NCBI RefSeq assembly: GCF_964213995.1
Contig: NC_135825.1
Coordinates: 12,896,001 to 12,960,000, forward strand
DNA from: Mustelus asterias
Taxonomy: Eukaryota
Reading direction: 5' to 3'
Length of the DNA: 64,000 bases
Part shown: in pieces, positions 36,251-47,350 of the stretch
Layout: each line of letters begins with the position of its first letter
How positions within the stretch are numbered: the first letter of the stretch is position 1
Program-made: the position numbers and the translations under genes
The notes under the pieces: model-generated
What the model was told of the DNA's origin: nothing
The model's input: only the letters and a program-made list of their open reading frames with translations
The model's database searches: none

Positions 36251-38056
36251 CTTCTAGAACAGAATGCTGCTTTCCAGAGAGTTTCTCTTATCAGCTGGGC
36301 GTGGAGATGATCTTAACCACTCACCAGTACCCTGCTACTGACATATCATACTTCCATTTTGATCTCACAGTCTCGATAGGACTCACCTGAGAAGCCATGC
36401 TTTTAGCATGTAAGTGTGACCCGCTTTCATATGTCTACACTTTGAACATATCTCTTCCTCAGTTTTACAACTCCATACCCTATTGTTCTCCACCTCACTG
36501 TGGTAAATATCTGTTTGCCTTGCTGCTAAGCTAATTCAGATATCAAAACCCTCCAGACAACTGCAATGCCCTTTTATCCAATTCTTTAAACATCATTTTA
36601 TCGGAACGACCTTCATCTTTATTTCATCCAATTCTTAAATCTTTACTTTATTCAAGCTTAAGCTACAAGTTTAAAATTTTATTTAAAGTTTATTTATTAG
36701 TGTCACAAGCAGGCTTAATTTAACACTGCAACAGAGCCAGGGACCCGGGTTCCATTCCCAGCTTGAGTCACTGTATGTGTGGAGTTTGCACTTTCTTCCC
36801 ATGTCGGCATGGGTTTCCTCCGAGTGCTCCGGTTTCCTCCCACATTCAGAAAGACGTGCTGGTTATGTGCATTGGCCGTGCTAAATTCTCCCTCAGTTTA
36901 CCCAAACAGCCGCCAGAGTGTGGCGACTCAGGGAATTTCACAGTAACTTTGTTGCTCTGTTAATGTAAGCCTTACTTGTGACTAACAAATAAACTTTACT
37001 TTAAGTTAGTGTGAAAACCCCCTGGTCGCCACATTCCAGCACCTGTTCGGGTGCACTGAGGGCGCATTTAGCATTCCAACGCACCTAACCAGCACATCTT
37101 TTGAACTACGGGACGAACTGGAGCAGCTCAAGGCTTCCTGACACTTTACAAAGTCACGATGATTAGAGTCCAGCCTTTGCATTTTCCGTGTCTTCCTTTC
37201 AAGTGTCTCTGCTTGAAATGGGCCTTTGCACCTTTTCAAGTGCCAAATTCCATGTCCTCTCAGGGGAGGGTACAGTCCAAATTCCCCTTTTCAGAAGTTG
37301 GACACGTTACAGCATCAACAGTTTGTGATCCATGACTTTACTTGTACTTTTTTTTTAACCAGGTCTTCTTCCAACACTTCAATATGCCCTCAATCAGTTG
37401 GTGAAGCGTCGCTGGCACTCTGTCATCGTGTCCATTTTCCTGAGAACATTTAGCACAGTGAGTAGAAGAGGGACAAAACCAGACAGAAAGAGAATCCTGA
37501 TCGGGGTGGAGTAAGAGAAACAAGTCTGAAGTTAAACCAGGAAGTTAAGATGAAACAACATCATCATAAGTGGCTGAGAAGACTCCCAAGAGTAGTCATG
37601 AAAATGTGTGATCCTTGCACATGTTTAGTCAAGATGTTTGATGCTGGAAATGTTACGTTTGTACACATACTTCTTGTTTTAATTTCAGAGATTCACAAAG
37701 GTTAAGAAGGTGAGAAAGAATCAAGTGAGTTTGATGAATTGGACAGTTGGGATGCGGGTAAAGTACCAATAGTTACTGCAACACAAGGGACGGCTGAATC
37801 CTGTTCAGATCCAAGTCAGAGTCAGACAGACAGACGTGTCTGGGGAGGTGGGGTTTTGGAGGGGGGGTGGGTGGGGGGCAGGGACACGAATGATGCACTG
37901 ATCCAGTGAATCTTCAGCGAGGTCTACAGGGAATGGAGACTGACTCAACCCAGTGACAATGTTCTACTCACGATAAAACCTTATTTAAAACCCAAATGCT
38001 GCACCACACAAAGCTCTCAGCTGACAAGCCTGTGACAACATCTGGCCAATGTAGAA

Positions 38057-38175
38057 AGTAAGAAGTCTCACAACACCAGGTTAAAGTCCAACAGGTTTAT
38101 TTGGCTGGACTTTAACCTGGTGTTGTGAGACTTCTTACTGTGCTTACCCCAGTCCAACGCCGGCATCTCCACATC
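38057..38175. mobile_element. Penelope-like inverted mini-element with target-site duplication; second copy ~35397-35520 inside a SINE
   Basis: 34-bp perfect inverted arms 38057-38090 and 38106-38139, flanked by the direct repeat CAATGTAGAAA; family assignment from recall. Confidence 0.65.
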
Positions 38176-39002
38176 AATGTAGAAAACCCATTGAACTGAG
38201 GAAAATATTCATGTGACTTCAGCTAAGTGAATGTGGGATGGACCATTGATCACATCCAATGCTTCAGCTGAGGAACATTGGCATTTTCAGCTGGGTTGGA
38301 GATTTGGAAGGGGCAGGGGAGGGGCACAGAGTTTCATCATGGCTGGTTAGGTGGTCTCACTAAAGTTACATGTCAGATTTTGAGTGTCGCACTGTCAGCC
38401 TCTGTAATTGATTTGATTTATTTTTATTTATTATTGTCACCTGGATTGGGATACAGTGAAAAGTATTGTTTCTTGCACGCTATACAGACAATGCATACCG
38501 TTCACAGAGTATATAGGGGCGGAGGAAAGGAGAGGGTGCTGAATATAGTGTTACAGTCAGAGCTGGGGTGTAGAGAAAGAATCATTCAAACATTAAAGGT
38601 CGATAGATCTCTGATAATAAATGAATAGAAATCTGATAAGCTCGGTCTCTCTTTGGATCTCGTAAACCTGAGGGAGCAAACAGCCCAGTTCAAAATACTA
38701 TATATGTGCTTTAAGTTAAAACACCCTCAGTCCTGTTCCTCTTCACACTCCCTGAAAACCAAGTCACACTGATTCCCATTCCTCAAATTGAATTGTTGTT
38801 CATGATTCAAACAGGATGCATTGGAATTAATTTCCGACGGAAAGCACCAAGGAGGGTGATTTATTGCTTCAATGCACATTCCAGCAAAAAGCAGAACAAA
38901 CAGAAGTTCCAACTGAAAATGTCTTTACAAAGAAGATGTCTTTCCTTGGATAACATCTTTATGTAACGTTGTACTTTGACAACAGTCAGCCAAGAACAGA
39001 TC

Positions 39003-39130
39003 ATTTCCTGCAACTGCAACCGTTGACATCAACCCAAACCAAGTTGTGAAAGAGTGTGGTTGGTCAACTTCTCTGAACCTTTGGGTGTGGGGGAGATAAT
39101 TCCACTGCTATGAGGAAGTAAATGATTCAG
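39003..39130 (+). promoter_or_regulatory. Probable TATA-less haematopoietic/myeloid-type promoter
   Basis: ATTTCCTG (ETS, 39003), TGTGGTT (RUNX, 39055), GGGTGTGGG (KLF, 39083), AGATAA (GATA, 39094), GAGGAAGT (PU.1, 39112), TGATTCA (AP-1-like, 39123), all within 200 bp of the ATG. Confidence 0.55.
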
Positions 39131-39194
39131 TGCAGATCCTTTGACCGATTTAGAGACACTTGTGCTGAAAACTGTGGATACTGTTGCCGGGACC

Positions 39195-39234
39195 ATGAGG
39201 TTCACCGCGTTGCTGCTCCTCACTTTGATATCAA
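39195..39234 (+). CDS. Receptor gene copy 2, exon 1 (signal peptide MRFTALLLLTLIS), phase-1 donor
   Basis: GACCATGA Kozak-like start, hydrophobic leader, A|GTAAGA donor in phase 1 matching the phase-1 acceptor of the IgV exon at 44204. The link crosses N gaps. Confidence 0.8.
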
Positions 39235-40284
39235 GTAAGATTTTCCTGTTCTATATTTGGAATGACAATTCACGTTTATGTTGAATCTTCATCTGAGGAA
39301 AATGGTTCAAAGTTGTTCACAGAGGAGTGAAGAAACACAGACTCTGGGCCAAAGGAGGGCAGGTGGAAAGGGTGAACCAAAAGCTCAGTCGAAGAGATGG
39401 GTGTTGAAGAGGGGGAGAGGGAATTGGCGAGGAGGAGAGGTTTGACAACAGAGTCTCAAAATGTTGGATCTAATTGAAAACACGACCATTAATGGTGGGG
39501 CACTTGGTTTCAGAGGAATGGAGAGTCCCCTCAGGGAGGGGGATAGTGGAATATCGGAGGACATTACAGGAATGTGAACAGATTCGTATAATTTGCAAAT
39601 TAACCTAGAAACCCACATGGCGCTCACTCCTGCCACCTAGAGATAGCGACAGGAATAGAATCCATCATGCCTGTCATATCTGAAGTAAAAAAAAGAGAGG
39701 AAGATGGGGAATAGGACAGCCTGGATAGTTCTTCCTGAGAGTTCTGCAGTTTCAATGATGGGCAGTAGAGTTTCTTTCTGTGCTGTGAAATACGGTGACA
39801 GAGTGGTTAGCACTGCTGCCTCACAGTGCCAGGGACTTGGGTTTGATTCACAGCTTGGGTCACTGCCTGTGCGGAGTCTGCACGTTCTCCCCGTGTCTGT
39901 GGGCTTCCTCCGGGTGCTCTGGTTTCCTCCCGCAGTTTGAAAGATGTGCTGCTTAGATGCCATTGGCCATGCTAAATTCTCCCTCAGGCACCTGAGTGTG
40001 GCGACTAGGGGATTTTCACAGTAACTTCATTGCAATGTCAATATCAGCCGACTTGTGACACGAATAAATAAACTTTACTACTTTGCCCACATGGAAATCA
40101 AATATCTCGGGATACGGATTAAACCCATTACTTCCCAACATGTTGAGCAAATATCATGTTGAAGAAATTCTTGCCTGCGCCCTCAACTATCCTCCCTGCC
40201 ATCCTATCTGTTGAATAAGTTAACACACCGTCATTTCTGACCAATTAACATCGCTTCATAATATATATTATCTTTGCAATTTAG

Positions 40285-40465
40285 ATATTGCGTTTCTGCT
40301 TCAAATACGATTAAAGAAACGCAGACAAAACTTCTGGGGTCTAAAGGAGCCACTATATTCATCGAGAATGTGGCTTCACATGACCCAGGTTTTTATCTTT
40401 GTAAAATATTTATCAGGCTGGGAAGATGAACGAGATCACAGCCCTGGTGCTGAGGTTCTATAATT
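40285..40465 (+). pseudogene. Decayed, internally deleted IgV pseudo-exon in intron 1 of copy 2
   Basis: After tttgcaatttag: SASNTIKETQTKLLGSKGATIFIE, then NVASHDPGFYLCK (DxGxYxC), then a frameshift to IYQAGKMNEITALVLRFY (G-strand-like). Confidence 0.6.
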
Positions 40466-40769
40466 GAGGCCATTACCTGATTCACTCCTGCTTGTGATAA
40501 CACAAAGGAAGAAAGGACATTACTCGAAAAGCAGGATATATTGTTCCTTCTGGAAGAGTACAGGCTTGAAATCGACTGGCTTGGCCTCACCCCAGTGCTA
40601 GGCTGAGGGGCTGACCTGCAGAATGTGCTTCTCTCTCTCGGTGAGTTGGTGTCGCATTCCTGTACCCCACATCCTACTGCGAAGGCAGCTGTCCCAGAAC
40701 ACATCCAGTCACCAAATGCATCACAAAGATGGCCGCTGTCACGATTGGCTCAATCCTGAAGGAGCAGGC

Positions 40770-41319
40770 CCAAAGTTTGTATGTACTTGGAATATAGTGT
40801 TCAATTCTGGTCGCCACACTACCAGAAGGATGTGGAGGCTTTGGAGAAGGTGCAGAAAAGATTTACCAGGATGTTGCCTGGAATGGAGGGCATTAGCTCT
40901 GAGGAGAGGTTGGAGAAACTTGCTTTGTTCTCACTGGAGCGACGGAGGTTGAGGGGAGACCTGATAGAAGTCTACAAGATTATGAGAGGCATGGACAGAG
41001 TGGATAGTCAGAAGCTTTTTCCCAGGGTGGAAGAGTCAATTACTAGGGGGCACAGGTTTAAGGTGCGAGGGGCAAGGGTTAAAGGAGATGTACGAGGCAG
41101 ATTTATTACACAGAGAGTAGTGGGTGCCTGCAACTCGTTGCCGGGGGAGGTAGTGGAAGCGGATACGATAGTGAGTTTTAAGGGGTGTCTTGACAAGTAC
41201 ATGAATAGGATGGGAATAGAGGGATCTGATCCCCGGAAGGGTGGGAGTTTTAGTTAAGTCGGGCAGCATGGTCGGTGCAGGCTTGGAGGGCCGAAGGGCC
41301 TGTTCCTGTGCTGTAATTT
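40770..41319 (+). mobile_element. CR1 LINE 3' fragment
   Basis: LEYSVQFWSPHYQKDVEALEKVQKRFTRM..LERRRLRGDLIEVYKIM. Confidence 0.92.
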
Positions 41320-42742
41320 NNNNNNNNNNNNNNNNNNNNNNNNNNNNNNNNNNNNNNNNNNNNNNNNNNNNNNNNNNNNNNNNNNNNNNNNNNNNNNNNN
41401 NNNNNNNNNNNNNNNNNNNNNNNNNNNNNNNNNNNNNNNNNNNNNNNNNNNNNNNNNNNNNNNNNNNNNNNNNNNNNNNNNNNNNNNNNNNNNNNNNNNN
41501 NNNNNNNNNNNNNNNNNNNNNNNNNNNNNNNNNNNNNNNNNNNNNNNNNNNNNNNNNNNNNNNNNNNNNNNNNNNNNNNNNNNNNNNNNNNNNNNNNNNN
41601 NNNNNNNNNNNNNNNNNNNNNNNNNNNNNNNNNNNNNNNNNNNNNNNNNNNNNNNNNNNNNNNNNNNNNNNNNNNNNNNNNNNNNNNNNNNNNNNNNNNN
41701 NNNNNNNNNNNNNNNNNNNNNNNNNNNNNNNNNNNNNNNNNNNNNNNNNNNNNNNNNNNNNNNNNNNNNNNNNNNNNNNNNNNNNNNNNNNNNNNNNNNN
41801 NNNNNNNNNNNNNNNNNNNNNNNNNNNNNNNNNNNNNNNNNGACACATACACACGCACATACACATACACAAACATGCACATACACACACACAAAAACAC
41901 GCACACGCACACACACTTACACACACATGCATGCGCGCACACACACACAAGCCCATACATGCACACACTCACACAAACATATGCACACGCACACACATGC
42001 ACACACTCACAGACACATGCACACACACGCGCACATATACATAAACACGTACACACACATACACGCCCGTACGCACGCAAACTCACATACACACGCACAT
42101 AAATGCACTTACATACACACACACGCACATGCACGCACGCACACACACACACACACATGAACATACATGCACACACACTCACATACACATGCGCANNNNN
42201 NNNNNNNNNNNNNNNNNNNNNNNNNNNNNNNNNNNNNNNNNNNNNNNNNNNNNNNNNNNNNNNNNNNNNNNNNNNNNNNNNNNNNNNNNNNNNNNNNNNN
42301 NNNNNNNNNNNNNNNNNNNNNNNNNNNNNNNNNNNNNNNNNNNNNNNNNNNNNNNNNNNNNNNNNNNNNNNNNNNNNNNNNNNNNNNNNNNNNNNNNNNN
42401 NNNNNNNNNNNNNNNNNNNNNNNNNNNNNNNNNNNNNNNNNNNNNNNNNNNNNNNNNNNNNNNNNNNNNNNNNNNNNNNNNNNNNNNNNNNNNNNNNNNN
42501 NNNNNNNNNNNNNNNNNNNNNNNNNNNNNNNNNNNNNNNNNNNNNNNNNNNNNNNNNNNNNNNNNNNNNNNNNNNNNNNNNNNNNNNNNNNNNNAGCACT
42601 CATACNNNNNNNNNNNNNNNNNNNNNNNNNNNNNNNNNNNNNNNNNNNNNNNNNNNNNNNNNNNNNNNNNNNNNNNNNNNNNNNNNNNNNNNNNNNNNNN
42701 NNNNNNNNNNNNNNNNNNNNNNNNNNNNNNNNNNNNNNNNNN
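41320..42742. other. Assembly gaps (N runs 41320-41841, 42196-42594, 42606-42742) within CA-rich sequence
   Basis: Ns in the sequence. Confidence 1.
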
Positions 42743-43246
42743 AGACACACACACTCTCACTCCCAAGGACACACACCCACACAATCCCTCACACAGACAT
42801 AGACGCACACTCACTCATTCCCTCACACACAGACTCTCACTTACTCTCTCACTCTCTCACACGCACACACACACACACACACACTCTCTCTCACTCTCCC
42901 TCCCACAAAAACACTCTCCTTCTCTCACTCCCACACACACTCACTCACACATTTGGGGCTCTGCTCAACAGAGTCTCACCCCTGGGCCTTGTGGCCAGCT
43001 CTCCTCCCCAGGACCTCCTCATGCTTGTCCCCAGGCCCAGTTTGGAGGTGCTGGAGTTGGGTTCCGTGCACTCTGACAACAACACCCCACTGGTGGAAGG
43101 GCACGATGAGAGGTAGTTGTGGAAATCTTGGGATTTTAAAAATGAATATTAATTCTAAAAATGAGGAGTTACATTAACCCTTTACTGCTCACTTGTTACA
43201 TCTCTGCTGGAGTATTGGGTACTTCAAGTATGGGGATATAAAAAGG

Positions 43247-43555
43247 GGTGGCACGGTGGCACAGTGGTTAGCACTGCTGCCTCACAGTGCCAGGGACCTG
43301 GGTTCAATTCCCGGCTTGGGTGACTGTCTGTGTGGAGTCTGCACGTTCTCCCCGTGTCTGCGTGGGTTTCCTCAGAGTGCTCCGGTTTCCTCCCACAGTC
43401 TGAAAGGCTTGCTGGTTAGATGCATTGGCCAGGCTAAATTCTCCCTCGGTGTACCTGAACAGGTGCCGGTGTGTGGCGACGAGGGGATTTTCACAGTAAC
43501 TTCATTGCAGTGTTAATGTAAATCTACTTGTGACTAATAAATAAACTTTACTTTA
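43247..43555 (+). mobile_element. V-SINE variant with a different tail (..TGTGACTAATAAATAAACTTTA); also at 2487-2790, 20868-21168, 33673-33970, 35375-35777 and 39790-40080
   Basis: Same tRNA head and V-domain, distinct 3' module. Confidence 0.85.
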
Positions 43556-44203
43556 CAATTCTGGGCACCACACTCGAGGAAGGGGGCAAGGGCACAGAGT
43601 GGATTTACCAGGATGATGCCAGGGATGAGGGAGTTTAGTTATGTGAACAGATTGGAGAAACCGGGATAATAGTCCTTGGAACAGAGCAGATTAAAGGGAA
43701 ATCTAATCAATGTATTGAAAATGAGGAAGGGTTTTAATACAGCAAGTGGAGAGAGCAATTATTTCCTCTCGCTGGTGGATTGGTCACCAGAGAACATAGA
43801 TTTCAAATAGTTGGAATACAAACCAGTGGATAAATGAGGGGAAATTGTTTCATGCAGAAGATTGTTATGATGCGGAATACACCACCTGGAATGGTGATGG
43901 AATGAGATTCCAAAGGAACTTTCAGAAGGCAGTTGGACATGTGTTTGGAGGGGATTAATGTGCAGGGTTGTGGGGGAAGCTGGGCCGTGGGATTCAATTG
44001 GACAATAAATTTCCAAAGAGCTGGCACAGCCATGACAGGCCGAATGTCCTCCATCTCTGCTTTAAGATTCTTGATTCCAGTCCCACCCAGGACTTGTGTG
44101 GGTCCCCTTGAGAAGCACTGGCTAGCATTGGACCAAAAGGATTGTCTACAATTGGTTGTTGGGATATTTCCAGCTTTCTTAAAATGTTATGTTTCACCAA
44201 CAG

Positions 44204-44530
44204 TTTTACGGACACAAACTGCCTCGATAGTGATGAAAGCTGCAGTGGGAGAAACCATCACTGTGGAATGTCCACAGGCAACACAGTACAAACACTTTGA
44301 AATCTGGTGGTGTAAGAAAACTTCAGAAACTCGTTGCAATCAGATATCGAGCATTGACGGAGACAGAGTCTGGAATGTTGATGCAAGAACATCGATCGCT
44401 AATACCCACGGTAACATTTCTGTAACCATACAACGACTTGAGGAGACAGACACAGGAACATACTGGTGTGGACCTCTATATCAAAACACTCTCCATGCTT
44501 TAGATGTTGTCATACTGAAGGTTTTCTCAG
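44204..44530 (+). CDS. Copy 2 IgV domain D1 exon, CD300/pIgR-like
   Basis: caacag| acceptor, G|GTAAGA donor, 327 nt phase 1-1; GETITVEC...WWCKKTSETRC (Cx7C extra disulfide)...DTGTYWC. Confidence 0.92.
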
Positions 44531-45067
44531 GTAAGAATATTTCAGAAGATTGATTATAGCTCTGATAATGTGATCTGGCTGCAATAACACAGGACAGCTG
44601 CTGTGTGCTGTGTGAACTCAGATTAATAAAATATTATCACAACTCCTCATGTACAAGTGGTGACCTCCCATATTCCCATTTCTATCATTTTCCATTAACC
44701 TATTTCCACATCCCTTCCATTTATACTCTTACAAACCAAAAATCATATTCCGCCCAAGCCTCTTTTATTGATACTTTTATGAAAAGTGAGTGTCGAGAAC
44801 TGCACTTATAGTCCATCCCTAATTATCCTTGAACTGCCTTCTTGAATCACTGCAGCTCACGAGGTGTACGTACACCCACAGTGCTGTTAGGGAGGAAGTT
44901 CCAGGATTGAGCCAGTGACAGTGAAGGAACGGCGATATATTTCCCAGTCTCGATGGTGTGTGTTTTGGAGGGGAGCTTGTAAGTGGTGGTGTTCCCATGC
45001 ACCTGCTTCCCTCCTCCTTCTAGGTGTTAGATGTTGCAGGTTTGGAAGGAGATTTAAATCATTGCTT

Positions 45068-47350
45068 TGTAATAGATCGAGGGCGACTCGATCTGGATTG
45101 AATCAATTAAGGCTTTATTGCCAACAATAAGAGTATACCTATATATACATATACATGTGCAACAAGGTCAGACTGAATTACAATGCAAATCTACTACTCA
45201 GATCCCTGGCTCCAACTGCAAAACGTTCCTTCATCCGTGGTTCGCACCCCCTTACCGATTGGCTCAGCTTCCCACCTTGACAATCCACAGCGCCTGACCC
45301 AATCACATGGCCCTCTAAACACTCCCCCACCCCAATTAATGGGCCACAATCATTCCCACTAAAATCCGAAATACAACTATGGAGGAATAAAGAACAGGCT
45401 CAGTGTTAAAGCGAAAAGAGTCACAGAAATGGAAAACTCATCAAAGGTTTAATCAGTCCGGAGGATTCCGGTCTCTGGCAGAGCGCCTCAGTTCAGTGGT
45501 TTGCTCTCCTAAGTTTAAAGGGCCAGACGGGACAGACGAGAAAGTCAGACTCATCAATCCAGGGTCTGGTGGCTCTTCAGCAGCTTCTGGTTCCTCAGTC
45601 TCCACAACCAGCGGTTGCTGCGCTCCCACATTCTCCACCAAAATCCCAGTAACCAACCCCGGCAAAGTTCAACCAACTGCAGGGGGTACCTGTTGATCCT
45701 CTGCGTCCATCACTCGCTCCTCCTCCGATGTTCTACCTGTTTCCTGAGCTGACAGCCTTGTATCTCCACAACGTCGGAGACCAGTCCTGTTCTCTCCACA
45801 ATTTTACCAGCCACCCAGGACGGGCCTGGTGTAAAATATCTGACCAAGACTGCACCCCCCGCTTGAAACACTCTGTTTCCTTTTCTTGAATCACAGTTTT
45901 CCTTCTGAAAGACTAACCTAGCCTGCACACTCCCTGGCGAATTTGGAAACATCATGTCCAGTTGTGTTCTTAACTGGCATCCCATCAGCAACTCTGCTGG
46001 AGTAACCCCTGTGGTCACGTTTGGGGTGGGGTTATAAGACAACAAAAAACTGTCCATACATAAAGGAAGAGGACAGTTTACTTGTTTTATTATTGATGAT
46101 TTGAATGTTTGTACCGCACTCTCCACTGGTCCATTTGCGGCTTCGTGGGAAGGTGCTGACCTCACATGGTGAATGCCATTGGACTTGAGGAATTTTTGGA
46201 ATTCTTCCACAGTGAATGATGTGCCATTGTCCGACACAACCACTTCCCGGAATGCCATGGATAGCAGAGAATTTCCTCAATCGATCAATGGTGTCCGTGG
46301 CTGTTGGGGACTTCATCAACTGCATATCCAACTACAACTAATATAAGAAACATATGACCCAGAAATGGCCGGCAAAATCTATATGTAACTTCGACCAAGG
46401 TTGACCAGGCCATTCCCAATGGTGGTGAAGCCCATTGAGCTTCGTAACTATGGCATTGACGAACCATCCGTTCTGTTTCCCTGCCAATGCCTGGTGAAAA
46501 CACATATGCCTGGGGCCTTCATTCTACTTTGACCTCGATGAGAGTGGTGCAGTTCTTGTAACAGGAGTTAAAGTTAAAGTCACAAGTAGGCTCACATTCA
46601 CACTGCAATGAATTTTCTGTGAAAATCTCCAAGTCACCACAATCCGGCGCCCGTTCGGGTACACTGAGGGATAATTTAGCGTGGCCAATTCATCTAACCA
46701 GCATGTCTTTGGAGTGTGGGAGGAAACCAGAGCACCGAGAGGAAACCCAACAGACACGGAGAGAACATGCAGACACAACTCAGACAGTGATCCAAGCTGG
46801 GAATCAAACCTTGGTCCCTGGCGCTGTGACGCAGCCGTGCTAACCACTGTGCCACCATACCTTCGTGGAGTCATCTACCCAGGGGTGGCACGAGAAACTC
46901 TCGCCACCCGCAGCAACACCCCATCTTCACAGGTTATCTCCATCCTTCTACTTTGGTAGGGTTTGAGCTACTCTGACTTATATCGCCACCCTCGCATTAC
47001 CATCTTCTTTACTTCTGACCATACCGGCTCTCTTTTCTCCACAGTTTTATCTGTTTCGCCGAGACTGGCAAGGTCTCTACCAGATGCAGAGCCAGTATAA
47101 TCTCTTGAGGAACCGGTGGTGGTGCGACTGTTTGTGGCAAAGGCAACCGCTAATTGCATCTGCTCATGGTATCTGCGTTCCAGGGTGATGCTGAAACGTA
47201 TAACTGTACGCTGCAAACAAAGGAGCCCATCTCTGCATCCTTGCAGAGGCAATTAGTGGCACCGGCTTCTCTAAATATACCTAACAATGGCTTGTGGTCT
47301 GAAACTATTGTAAAATGTCGCCCATAAATGACCAGCAAGTTTTCCTCATC
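45068..47350 (-). mobile_element. Gypsy-type remnant, duplication unit 2
   Basis: ORF 45710..46258 and neighbours, paralogous to 4211-6495. Confidence 0.85.

Noticed and set aside
37670-37730. Possible small exon (tttcag|AGATTCACAAAG..CAA|gtgagt) upstream of the promoter
   Set aside because: Splice-like signals only; no partner exons or homology to support it
38057-38175. Hammerhead ribozyme in the Penelope-like hairpin
   Set aside because: The CTGANGA...GAAA core is absent from both copies
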